From: an uncultured virus (IMG/VR IMGVR_UViG_3300028797_000152)
Lineage: Duplodnaviria > Heunggongvirae > Uroviricota > Caudoviricetes
DNA: 20,000 nucleotides
Strand: one strand, 5' to 3'
Virus record (IMG/VR): IMGVR_UViG_3300028797_000152
Span: 57,162 to 77,161 of that record
In this document: positions 1 to 8,787 of the stretch, one piece after another
Layout: each line of letters begins with the position of its first letter
Numbering within the stretch: the stretch's first letter is position 1
Notes under the pieces: model-generated
The model's input: the letters and a program-made list of their open reading frames with translations, nothing else
The model's database searches: none
What the model was told of the DNA's origin: nothing
Translations under genes and position numbers: made by a program

Positions 1-1203
1 AAAGTAATTGGAACAGGCCCTAGAACTTGGTCAGATTATATATTAGTAACAGGTGGAATTCCTCTTGCAGCAACAACACAGATAGGTGGATTCTACAATA
101 CAGATTCTACATATACAGACGCAGGATATGTAACTCTTGATGAGACCGGTCGACTTAAATTGATTGACTATTCTTTACTTCGTTCTGGTACATTAGCATA
201 TCAATTAGGAGAAGATGTTACATTAGCAAGTAATATTACTTATCCTACTATCCAATCTAACCTTGATGAATATGTAAACAACAGAGTAGCGTTCCCGTTC
301 ACTCCATACCTTGGTGGTACAACTCCTGTAATAAATGTCTATATAACACTTCCTCAGTTAGGTGATGACGATGACCCGGCGAGTGTGAATATTTACAATA
401 TTGATTCAAGATTCGGAACAGCCGTTACATTACATATCTTGGGTAATGCAAATGCTAAAACAATAATCAATATTATTGATTGTGAGAAGATTAAGATTGA
501 TAGTAACATATCCGGCACACCTGTAATAAATATAGTTAGAAGTTGTATATATTATGATGCAAATATTTTCAACTATATTAGGGTTTGTGATGTTAACCAT
601 TATAGGGCTACATCATTCACTGGATTACAAGATATTACATTATGGTACGATAGGTTCAACGAAACAGACCCGGACCTCCTTGTAAATGGAATGGAAGTTT
701 CACAGCCTAATGCACCAATGACAGTAGAAGATATTGCATTCTGGGATGAAGATAATCCGAATGATAACCATTATTCTGCAGCACTCAGGAGCATAACTCT
801 TGGAGGAAACGGTGACATAATTGAGTGTAGCATTTATGTTTCAAATGGTTCTACAGCAACTAATGTAACGACAGGTAGGTCAATAATCGGAGGAACATTC
901 AACTTGCCTCAAGGTTCTGAATTGATTTATCCTAATAGGTGCTTATCAAAGCCTCTTAAAGTAACAGGTTCGTTTACAACCGCTTATATAGTGCAGAATG
1001 CACAGTGGGTCGTTATTGCTACTAACTTTACAGTATATACAGGAACATATGATGTCACAACAGATGTAACTTCGTCAGGAACAATAGCATTTGATTCAAT
1101 AACAGACATAGTAAATTCTGAAAATATGACAATGGGCGTAGACAGTATTGATGGTTGGGAACCTGGTTCGTATCATATCTTCAATGGAGGGTCAACAATC
1201 TAA
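1..1203 (+). CDS. Phage structural protein, probably tail/baseplate associated; 5'-truncated by the window
   Basis: Frame 1 is open from base 1 (KVIGTGPRTWSDYILVTGGIPLAATTQIGGFYN...) into the listed 160..1203 ORF, so the TTG at 160 is not the true start. The protein is beta-rich and T/N/I-rich and lies directly upstream of the baseplate genes. Function is inferred from context only. Confidence 0.6.
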   Translation, partial: KVIGTGPRTWSDYILVTGGIPLAATTQIGGFYNTDSTYTDAGYVTLDETGRLKLIDYSLLRSGTLAYQLGEDVTLASNITYPTIQSNLDEYVNNRVAFPFTPYLGGTTPVINVYITLPQLGDDDDPASVNIYNIDSRFGTAVTLHILGNANAKTIINIIDCEKIKIDSNISGTPVINIVRSCIYYDANIFNYIRVCDVNHYRATSFTGLQDITLWYDRFNETDPDLLVNGMEVSQPNAPMTVEDIAFWDEDNPNDNHYSAALRSITLGGNGDIIECSIYVSNGSTATNVTTGRSIIGGTFNLPQGSELIYPNRCLSKPLKVTGSFTTAYIVQNAQWVVIATNFTVYTGTYDVTTDVTSSGTIAFDSITDIVNSENMTMGVDSIDGWEPGSYHIFNGGSTI

Positions 1204-1754
1204 TGTCACTTATTCACGACATTATCAAGATAAAGTATTCAAATCTGGGTTATCTGCCTGGATATCCTTATCATTTGATTTCAGATAAGGAGATGTTTAC
1301 TGCCTTTATCAACTTAGAAAATGATTCATCAGAACATTTCTTTGAAGATAATTATCCTAATCCTTTTGCAGAAGAAGATTTGATATACAAGAAACTAGAC
1401 AAAGATGGCAATGTAATAAGTGAAGTAAGTCTTAGCGAAGAATATCAGAAACTTAAATCATATATTGTATCTCTAGTAACTTACTATGTTAATGGTCAGA
1501 TATTGGAACTTCCTGATTGGATTTATACCTATATGTTAGGTGAGGTTGTATATAATAATTCAGACTATTTGGACATATACGATACATTAATGCTCTTAGG
1601 TGCGAATAATATAGACAATACCTTTACTAATCAAACATGCGCTCTTTGTTACGCAACAAGTCTCAAATATGTATCTACACTTACAACAGGATTGAGACCT
1701 CCTACAGTGTTTGGTGAGCCTCATGTAATTAAGCAATTAAGATTGGAGGAATAG
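1203..1754 (+). CDS. Hypothetical phage protein (183 aa, MSLIHDIIKIK...)
   Basis: The ATG at 1203 overlaps the upstream stop (TAATG) and is preceded by GGAGG at about 1185, so it is preferred over the 1155 start. No recognisable domain. Confidence 0.7.
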   Translation: MSLIHDIIKIKYSNLGYLPGYPYHLISDKEMFTAFINLENDSSEHFFEDNYPNPFAEEDLIYKKLDKDGNVISEVSLSEEYQKLKSYIVSLVTYYVNGQILELPDWIYTYMLGEVVYNNSDYLDIYDTLMLLGANNIDNTFTNQTCALCYATSLKYVSTLTTGLRPPTVFGEPHVIKQLRLEE

Positions 1755-1758
1755 TTAA

Positions 1759-2751
1759 ATGAGTAAATATTTACCTGTAACTCCTAATACTACTTTATCT
1801 GACCTTTCAGATATAGTAGGTGAAAGATATGTTGATTATGTCCTTAATGTTAATGGACTTAAAAGAGCTGTAAATATCGGAAGGCAGTTACAAGATAGAG
1901 ATACGTCAGGTACAACAGACGCTCAAACTAAAAGACATATACTCAATTCAACCGTTTCAGATTCAGATGTATATGAAAGGGCTGCTTTAGGTACTGAGGC
2001 AGATTGGTGCTCTCTTCAGAGATATGGAACATTTGAAGGTCATATCATAATACCTCCTGAAGTTGATGTTCCGTTGTCAACAGATATATTAGGAAACGGA
2101 GAGCCTGTTAGCACCGAAGTTTATAGACGATGTGATGAGTCACTCAAAACTAGAGGATTTGTAGACCCTGTTATATTCTCAGACTACAGTGTAATGAACA
2201 CAGCCGCTTATGGTATGTCTGATACTTATAAAGTAAGTAATCCGTTTGAGTGGTTTAACTTACCTTGGGGCAAAATTAGTTTATATTCTTCTATAAAGAA
2301 TGAGTCCATGGATTTTCCGGTCTATCCTGAGGAATATTCTGATGGTTACCAAGCAAATTATGACCAGATGCCTAGTATGCTTTATCAATATGAGCCGTGG
2401 TTTGTATACAAAGATTCTGGCCCCAGGACAAATTCATTTACATTCAAGATGCATAGAGATATGTGGTCCGGAGACCACAGAGATGGTCTTGCAAACAAGT
2501 TAGTAAGATTCTGTGAAGCAAATTGCTTCCCTGAGTATCAAGGCTCGGCAGTAATAACTCCTACAGTTACATTATATCTTAACGGAAATAATTTAATAAC
2601 AGGAGTTATGACATCTTGTAAGGCTGATTGGGGCGGACCTATTGGCCTTGATGGACATTGGTTAGAACTCACACTTTCACTTGAAATAACAGAAGTTTCG
2701 CCTGAAGCTCTTAACTACAATACAGTAATGAATAAGGGGTTAGAAGCATGA
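1759..2751 (+). CDS. Putative tail tube initiator / baseplate-tube junction protein with a LysM-like N-terminus
   Basis: The C-terminal half (FPVYPEEYSDGYQANYD...EPWFVYKDSGPRTNSFTFKMHRD...PTVTLYLNG...GVMTSCKADW...LSLEITEV) has the pattern of T4 gp48/gp54-like and contractile-injection tube-initiator folds. The N-terminus (VTPNTTLSDLSDIVG...VLNVNGL) is LysM-like. RBS GGAGG. Confidence 0.6.
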   Translation: MSKYLPVTPNTTLSDLSDIVGERYVDYVLNVNGLKRAVNIGRQLQDRDTSGTTDAQTKRHILNSTVSDSDVYERAALGTEADWCSLQRYGTFEGHIIIPPEVDVPLSTDILGNGEPVSTEVYRRCDESLKTRGFVDPVIFSDYSVMNTAAYGMSDTYKVSNPFEWFNLPWGKISLYSSIKNESMDFPVYPEEYSDGYQANYDQMPSMLYQYEPWFVYKDSGPRTNSFTFKMHRDMWSGDHRDGLANKLVRFCEANCFPEYQGSAVITPTVTLYLNGNNLITGVMTSCKADWGGPIGLDGHWLELTLSLEITEVSPEALNYNTVMNKGLEA

Positions 2752-3176
2752 TACCAACTAATGATTTAACAATTCCCTATGATGAAGTAAACTATTACGG
2801 AATTGAGTATGGTGTATGTATCGACTATAACCATATTTCAAGATATAGAAATCTCAGGCAAGTTACTCATCATACAGACACTTCTGATAGATATATAACT
2901 CTTGAAACTGTTAATCCACTGACTACAAACAACTTAGATGTAATCTATCATGTAGTAGAAACAGGTGAAGAAAACAGGCTTGATTTGATAGCAAATACTT
3001 ACCTAGGTTCTCCTACATATAGTTGGGTCATTGCTTATTTCAACAAGATTGAAGATGGCTATACTGTAAGAGAAGGTCAGACGCTTATAATACCTAAGAC
3101 AATTACTTCATTATTCTCTGAAGGTGAATTACTTGCATCTATTACAGCCTTATCATTAAACTTAGGAGAGGAATAA
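2748..3176 (+). CDS. LysM-fold baseplate wedge protein (T4 gp53 / P2 gpX-like)
   Basis: Motif HVVETGEENRLDLIANTYLGSPTYSWVIAYFNKIEDGYTVREGQTLIIP. ATGA overlap with the upstream gene. Canonical position between the tube initiator and the hub. Confidence 0.8.
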   Translation: MIPTNDLTIPYDEVNYYGIEYGVCIDYNHISRYRNLRQVTHHTDTSDRYITLETVNPLTTNNLDVIYHVVETGEENRLDLIANTYLGSPTYSWVIAYFNKIEDGYTVREGQTLIIPKTITSLFSEGELLASITALSLNLGEE

Positions 3177-3177
3177 T

Positions 3178-4623
3178 ATGCTCAACAATTGTTTCTGCAA
3201 CTTCGTATTCGCAGGAGTATCGTTGACGGAATTTGGACTGAAAATTCCTTCTCCTTTCTGTTCTCTTGAATTATCAAATTCACAAATAACATCATTCACA
3301 TCTTGGACATTAAATGTAGTTGTTGGTGGAGATGACACTAAGAAGTCAAATGTAGCCGCATTTGAAGCATTACTTTATTCTGCTGCACAAGATGCAAGCA
3401 AATATGCAAATTCAAGCGGAATACCCGTATCTTTCATGTTTGGCTGGCTTAATAATGATGGCTCTATCGGAGCGAGTGTAGCATATCAAGGATTTACTTT
3501 GAAGTTCCAATGTTCCACAGATGGAAGATTCATGAGATATACAGTTACAGGATATGCTTCTATTGGAGTGAAGGCAGCAATGCCTGTTTATCATTTTCCG
3601 GCTGTTCACGGAATGGTTCAACCTTCTGCATTAGTTGAAGCAACTTACAGAAGTTTAAAGATGGATAGATACTACGACCTTGACATTGACCACAATGATG
3701 CTCCTACTTATGTAAATCATGGTGCAATGACAACAAGTGTGAATGGTTATATTAGGGGACACTATTCTACTGAAGACGATTATGAGAGTTGGCCTGGTTG
3801 CTTAAGATTATCAAAATCCTATAGTGGAACAAGAGATGCTGCTGGACTTAAATCAGGTGTGCGTAAATTAAGTTGCTTGATGAATAATCTTCAAGATATA
3901 TCTACATTAGGCGGTTACTTGAAGAAGAGTATAGTAGACGAAACTCCTCAATGTTCTTCTTTCTCTCACTGGGTTGAGGAACCTACAATGACAAGAAAGG
4001 GAACCATCCACTACAAGAGTAATGCAGGACTGATTTCTATGCATAATGGAGATACTCTTGAGTATGGTACGGCTAATACAAATATTCTTTCATTAAGTGG
4101 TTCGTATAATGGTGTTGCATACAACATGACAGATATGAAATTTGCTCAAATCGGATTTTCAGTTGACGGAAGTGGTAACACTATTGTTCAAGATACTAAA
4201 GTAGTAAATAGCTGGTCGGCAACTCTTGGAGATGTTTATCAGACAGTCAATATTATCAATGATGTAAATGCTTTAGCATCTCAGTTCTCAGGAGATTTCA
4301 AGATAACTATTCCTGGTAATGTTAATCAGTACACAGTAGCACAACCTGTATCGTTATTAGTAGTATCCGGAAATACAATTTCACCTGTAACTGGAATTTA
4401 TAATGTAGTTTCTGTTGACCATAGTATTAGTAATCAATTTACGACCACACTCAAGGTACAGAGATTGGTTATGAGTTCTGCTAACGAAGTTGCATCTTCC
4501 CAAGGAATTACTATAGCAAATGGTTCAAGCAGTAGGTCATACAGCAAATCAAATAATATAATATCTGCATATAAAGTAGATTTTGGAACTATGTATCCGA
4601 CGTTTGAAGATGTATCTGCTTAA
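3178..4623 (+). CDS. Putative baseplate hub protein (T4 gp27 / P2 gpD / Mu gp44-like)
   Basis: 481 aa. The C-terminal segment KITIPGN...VAQPVSLLV...TGIYNVVSVDHSISNQFTTTLKVQR is typical of hub proteins. Synteny supports the call. Confidence 0.65.
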   Translation: MLNNCFCNFVFAGVSLTEFGLKIPSPFCSLELSNSQITSFTSWTLNVVVGGDDTKKSNVAAFEALLYSAAQDASKYANSSGIPVSFMFGWLNNDGSIGASVAYQGFTLKFQCSTDGRFMRYTVTGYASIGVKAAMPVYHFPAVHGMVQPSALVEATYRSLKMDRYYDLDIDHNDAPTYVNHGAMTTSVNGYIRGHYSTEDDYESWPGCLRLSKSYSGTRDAAGLKSGVRKLSCLMNNLQDISTLGGYLKKSIVDETPQCSSFSHWVEEPTMTRKGTIHYKSNAGLISMHNGDTLEYGTANTNILSLSGSYNGVAYNMTDMKFAQIGFSVDGSGNTIVQDTKVVNSWSATLGDVYQTVNIINDVNALASQFSGDFKITIPGNVNQYTVAQPVSLLVVSGNTISPVTGIYNVVSVDHSISNQFTTTLKVQRLVMSSANEVASSQGITIANGSSSRSYSKSNNIISAYKVDFGTMYPTFEDVSA

Positions 4624-4635
4624 GGGAGGTTATAA

Positions 4636-5067
4636 TTGAATCAAGTATTATCAATTCTAACTGGCAAGCAGGTAGATTCTTCTGTTATAGATAGGGGCTT
4701 CTGCGGAACAAAGCAAGTAAATGCTGGCTGCTACATCAAGTGTGATAAAGTATACAGTATTTATAGCGGAGTTATATTAGCAACGGAAGTCGACCCTGAA
4801 ACTGACACATGGTCAGTTACTCAAGAAGTAAATTCACAATTCTGGCTCAGATATTGTAACCTCAGTAAAGTGAATGTTTCTGTGGGTAGCAATATAACAT
4901 TATCTAACTACATTGGAGATACAACAAAAGGCTTAGTTAGATTAGAATACTGCAATGCAGAATCTTCTTCATTTCCTGTTAGAATCTTATCTCAGCAATT
5001 GTATAAGCAAGACCCTACTCCTATAATATTTGGTAAAGTGAATATGTTTGAGGTGCCTCATGCCTAA
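4636..5067 (+). CDS. Degenerate M23 peptidase-fold protein lacking Zn ligands
   Basis: TTG start after GGGAGGT. KVYSIYSGVI...LRYCNLSKVNVSVGSNITLSNYIG...LVRLEY...DPTPII follows the M23 pattern (VxAxxxGxV...YxHL...VxxGxxVxxGxxIG...HLHFE...DP), but the His residues are absent. Confidence 0.6.
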   Translation: MNQVLSILTGKQVDSSVIDRGFCGTKQVNAGCYIKCDKVYSIYSGVILATEVDPETDTWSVTQEVNSQFWLRYCNLSKVNVSVGSNITLSNYIGDTTKGLVRLEYCNAESSSFPVRILSQQLYKQDPTPIIFGKVNMFEVPHA

Positions 5068-7648
5068 TACAAATAGTTGGTTATGTATATATGCGATAGC
5101 CCAGTTAGGCAGACCTTATAGATTAGGGGCTAGCGGAGATTTTGAGGTATCTTCTAAAAGAAAATTATATCAGAATAATTGGGAAGTTACTTCTACTACT
5201 TATCCTAATCCTAATTATAATGTTCCTGCAAAGACACATGATTGTTCGGGCCTGTTTATAGGCGCAGTGTGTTGTGATGATGTAAATGGCCCTAAAGTCC
5301 GAAGTACAAATCTATATCATGGTGCAACTAAACAATATTGGGATTTTTGCACACACAAAGGAGATAACATACATGAATTCCCTAGAATTCCAGGTATGTT
5401 AGTATTTAGGTCAAAGTCAGCAGGAAGCCATACAAAGGAACATGTAGGTGTATACATTGGAAGATTTATTGACCTTAATGGCAACCCACACGAAGATTAT
5501 GTAATTGATGCAAAGGGCAAAGATTACGGAGTAGTAATGGGCCCGCTATTTAGGAAAGACGGTTCATCTAGATGGGACTGTTGGGGTCAATTAGATATGT
5601 GTGAACAAGACACAAATGAGACCTCAATATTTGATGCAAGAACAAATTCCATGCGAACAGATGAGCAGCAGGAAGCCGGTGAACTTCAGCCTGTAGAAAT
5701 ATCTACAGAGAACATGAAGCCTTTTGTTGCAACTGTATTAGGTCAATATGACCCTAAATTAGATTACGACAGAATAAGAAATGCAAGAATATCTGCTATG
5801 ATGTTTTATGCAGGAGAATTGTTTGATGTGAGCCATGTTAAACATACATATTTGAATCCTAAATTAGCATATCAAGTAGAGCAGTGTAATTCAGCAGGAC
5901 TTCCTTATGCTTTGTATGTTAATGTCCGAGCAAGAAATGAGATAGAAGCCGATGCAGAATGTAAGGCTCTTTATTATGTCATTTCTCAATTCTCACCTAA
6001 ATTAGGATTATGGCTATCGCTTAATCTCAATAATTCTGTTGATATGAATAATAAAATAGTTTCAATCTATTATAAATTCATATATAGTTGGGGATTAGTT
6101 GATAGATGTGGATTATATGTAACTCGTTCACAACTCCAACAGATAACTTGGGAAAATTTTGAAAATGTATTTTATTTATGGTGCATTGAGCCCGAAGATG
6201 TGAATAATATTGATGATGAATTGCTTGACCCTTCATTATTTGACATTAATCCTGAAGATAACGAAATTGAATCTAGGTACACGGAAGAAACATCTAAAGA
6301 AGTATTTTCAAATGCATCACATTTTGATAGTCCTCGTAGCTGGTTGCCAAATCTGCCTAAGTCTGATGAAAGCGGTAGATTTACAAGGTCAACTGGAACC
6401 ACTTCTAGATTCGTTCGCCAAGAGGAATTAGATGAGCAGAAATTGGAACCTCTTTATACTACTAGAACCGATAGACATGATATGACTCTGCGTCAAGTCG
6501 GATATTTAGACACAGGATATAATTTATCTAACAACAGTTCAAATATAGCAATTTCAGTTATTAACTATACATCGGCCCTTGGCGATATATACGATAGTTT
6601 TGCTCCTACAGTTTCTCAATTAAATTCTACAAAAGTTGATACTTCTGCATTACCTCAGTTACAGAAAATCGCTATAGATAAATTATTAGAGGCTGGATAT
6701 AGTGCTTCAAGTGCAACTGGAATTGTAGCATGCCTAGAGAAATATTCAGGACTGAATACACAGCATGCCAAAACTATTCAGAGTGTAACTTTACATGGAA
6801 TTGGTGATTGGTATGACCAAGATTTTGATGCACTTAAGTCCGCTGTAAGTGATTGGTCAACAAATCTATCAGGACAATTAGATTTCTTAATAACAAATAT
6901 TACTGAAAGATTTTCAGGATATGCTGCTGCTTTTAAGTATCAGCCCCTTGATGTTGAAACTGCACAGAAGTGTGCAGAGATTTTCTTATTAACATATAAT
7001 CCTTATTTTAGTTCTAATGAAGACGTAGAAAATGTAAAGCACAAAGCTCAAGATATTTATGAACGTTTAGTAATAATTCCTCCGAATAAACAGATAATTG
7101 GAGAGCTTAGAGATTTAACAAATATAAATGGACAATTACTTACTGCTCAGTACAGTGTAACCATTCCACCTGAACTTAAACAAACAGGCATAACAGATTA
7201 TTATACAGCATATTGGAGGAACTGGAAAAGCGGAACTCCTCAGAGACAATTATATGATATATGGATTCAACAAGGTCGTCCTTGTGACAAAGGGATTGCT
7301 AAGATTGGTGGATACTACTGTGTAGCATTGATGACTGAAAAATTTGGCCCTGTAGGCAGCGTAGTCGTTATATCTCTTAAGAACGAAGTTAGTTTTCCTG
7401 CAATAATAGCAGACGCTAAAGGTGTAGATGCAAAGAACGAATGGGGTCACGATTACGGAAAATCAGGAATATCTATTGTTGAGTGGGAAAGAATTAAAAC
7501 TGAAAATGGCGTTTGTGTGAAAGGTGGGAGCAGTTTAACTGGGGACGATGTAGATTACCCACATACTCCTTCTTGGATGAAAGAAGCATGGGAAGGTTGG
7601 TACTTAGAGGATGTTGCATTCATTACTAATTATGGAAGTTATATCTGA
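5060..7648 (+). CDS. Multidomain virion-associated peptidoglycan hydrolase: NlpC/P60 + GH25-like + phage-tail-lysozyme-like + C-terminal beta-barrel-like domain
   Basis: ATG at 5060 after GAGGTG. NlpC/P60 motifs AQLGRPY..G, HDCSGL and HVGVYIG. GH25-like segment LDYDRIRNARISAMMFYAG...AGLPYALY...EADAEC. Tail-lysozyme-like segment GYSASSATGIVACLEKYSGLN...GIGDW...QLDFL. C-terminal YYCVAL...FGPVGSVVVISL...FPAIIADAKG. Confidence 0.75.
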   Translation: MPNTNSWLCIYAIAQLGRPYRLGASGDFEVSSKRKLYQNNWEVTSTTYPNPNYNVPAKTHDCSGLFIGAVCCDDVNGPKVRSTNLYHGATKQYWDFCTHKGDNIHEFPRIPGMLVFRSKSAGSHTKEHVGVYIGRFIDLNGNPHEDYVIDAKGKDYGVVMGPLFRKDGSSRWDCWGQLDMCEQDTNETSIFDARTNSMRTDEQQEAGELQPVEISTENMKPFVATVLGQYDPKLDYDRIRNARISAMMFYAGELFDVSHVKHTYLNPKLAYQVEQCNSAGLPYALYVNVRARNEIEADAECKALYYVISQFSPKLGLWLSLNLNNSVDMNNKIVSIYYKFIYSWGLVDRCGLYVTRSQLQQITWENFENVFYLWCIEPEDVNNIDDELLDPSLFDINPEDNEIESRYTEETSKEVFSNASHFDSPRSWLPNLPKSDESGRFTRSTGTTSRFVRQEELDEQKLEPLYTTRTDRHDMTLRQVGYLDTGYNLSNNSSNIAISVINYTSALGDIYDSFAPTVSQLNSTKVDTSALPQLQKIAIDKLLEAGYSASSATGIVACLEKYSGLNTQHAKTIQSVTLHGIGDWYDQDFDALKSAVSDWSTNLSGQLDFLITNITERFSGYAAAFKYQPLDVETAQKCAEIFLLTYNPYFSSNEDVENVKHKAQDIYERLVIIPPNKQIIGELRDLTNINGQLLTAQYSVTIPPELKQTGITDYYTAYWRNWKSGTPQRQLYDIWIQQGRPCDKGIAKIGGYYCVALMTEKFGPVGSVVVISLKNEVSFPAIIADAKGVDAKNEWGHDYGKSGISIVEWERIKTENGVCVKGGSSLTGDDVDYPHTPSWMKEAWEGWYLEDVAFITNYGSYI

Positions 7649-7649
7649 T

Positions 7650-7673
7650 AACCTTTCATACATCATATAAATA
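7650..7673 (+). promoter_or_regulatory. Putative phage late-promoter motif AACCTTTCAT followed by TATAAATA
   Basis: Intergenic, 41 nt before the ATG at 7691. The same motif occurs in the next two intergenic gaps. TATAAATA at 7666-7673 matches the T4 late -10 consensus. Confidence 0.5.
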
Positions 7674-7690
7674 GGATAGGATACTAGATT

Positions 7691-7981
7691 ATGATAATTT
7701 TTGGTTATGTTAAAGCGACAAAATATTCAGGAGACGGTAGTTTGATGGTTCAAACTAGAATTCCGAATATTCATGGGCCTTATCGCATATCAGATGCAAA
7801 GGGCAAGACCGTTAGAAATTATACTAGAGACGAAGACCTTCCTTGGTATCCTTCTTTAGTACTTCCGTACCTGCCGAAGGCAGGAGATGTAGTTGCAATA
7901 TCTAGTTTAGATAGTACTTCATCTTCTTTCTTAATACTTGGCCTTACAGGCGGTTCATATACAAACAATTCTGATATATGA
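7691..7981 (+). CDS. Baseplate spike OB-fold protein (T4 gp5 N-terminal / P2 gpV-like), minimal
   Basis: Pattern G.V........G...VQTRIP.IHG...DEDLPW......LPKAGDVVAI......FLILG. It lies directly upstream of the gp25-like gene. Confidence 0.7.
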   Translation: MIIFGYVKATKYSGDGSLMVQTRIPNIHGPYRISDAKGKTVRNYTRDEDLPWYPSLVLPYLPKAGDVVAISSLDSTSSSFLILGLTGGSYTNNSDI

Positions 7982-7988
7982 GAATTAC

Positions 7989-8010
7989 AACCTTTTATCA
8001 TTAAATAAAT
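7989..8010 (+). promoter_or_regulatory. Putative phage late-promoter motif AACCTTTTAT
   Basis: Intergenic, 37 nt before the ATG at 8026, followed by an AT-rich tract and RBS AGGAG. Confidence 0.5.
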
Positions 8011-8025
8011 TCAGGAGATTAATAT

Positions 8026-8490
8026 ATGGCAGAAACAACCTCGTTATCATTTCCTAATATGTTCAACCTCATAAGCAATCAGGTTGCCGTAGACGAGGAT
8101 TTAAAGTCAGTGACAACTCGTTCTAGGCTCTTGATTTTAACTGAGCCTGCAGAATTGTATAATAATCCTGATTTTGGTGTTGGATTGAAGCGCCATTTAT
8201 GGAAATATAATACTGAAAATGAAAGAGCATTGATTAAGGACAGAATCGTAAATCAATTAAGATTACACGAGCCTGATGTCTATGCTGACCAGACACAGTT
8301 TACAGATGGTCTTTTATTTACAGGAGATACAAATGCAGCAGATTCTGCTACAAATGCAAATGAAATCAATATGACAGTAGCAATGCAGACAACATTTGGA
8401 AAGCAAGTTACCTTAGATTTGAATTCTACTCCTGCTACTCAAAATAAACTGACAATATCTGCTCAAGGGTGGATAATTTCAGATAAATAA
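8026..8490 (+). CDS. Baseplate wedge / sheath initiator (T4 gp25 / P2 gpW-like)
   Basis: LLILTEPAELYNNPDFGVGLKRHLW...IKDRIVNQLRLHEP matches the gp25 signature (LxTxxGExxxxPxFGxxL...IxxxIxxxEP). Confidence 0.85.
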   Translation: MAETTSLSFPNMFNLISNQVAVDEDLKSVTTRSRLLILTEPAELYNNPDFGVGLKRHLWKYNTENERALIKDRIVNQLRLHEPDVYADQTQFTDGLLFTGDTNAADSATNANEINMTVAMQTTFGKQVTLDLNSTPATQNKLTISAQGWIISDK

Positions 8491-8510
8491 CCTTGTATCA
8501 ATTATACAAT
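8489..8510 (+). promoter_or_regulatory. Putative phage late-promoter motif AACCTTGTAT
   Basis: Overlaps the gp25-like stop, 41 nt before the ATG at 8530, and is followed by RBS AAGGAG. Confidence 0.5.
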
Positions 8511-8529
8511 CATAAAGGAGATTCTTATT

Positions 8530-8772
8530 ATGACGGTATCAGATATTATTGAAACTTTTACTGATGATGGCTTCACTTTGATACTTTATGACCTTACTAC
8601 AGAGACTGAAATCTACAAAGGTTCTGCAAGTGATGTCTTTTATGAGGATGTTGGCGATTTAGAAGTTATGTCTATTGACCCACCCGAGAAGGCTTGGGAA
8701 ATAACTCTTAATGTAGAAACCTCCAATAATTTCTATGATGAGAGTGAAGAAGATTTCGATGACGAATTCTAA
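8530..8772 (+). CDS. Small acidic hypothetical protein (80 aa) inserted between the gp25-like and gpJ-like genes
   Basis: Strong RBS AAGGAG and an acidic tail DESEEDFDDEF. Resembles ORF 10702..10923. Confidence 0.75.
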   Translation: MTVSDIIETFTDDGFTLILYDLTTETEIYKGSASDVFYEDVGDLEVMSIDPPEKAWEITLNVETSNNFYDESEEDFDDEF

Positions 8773-8787
8773 TTAGGAGAAATATAG

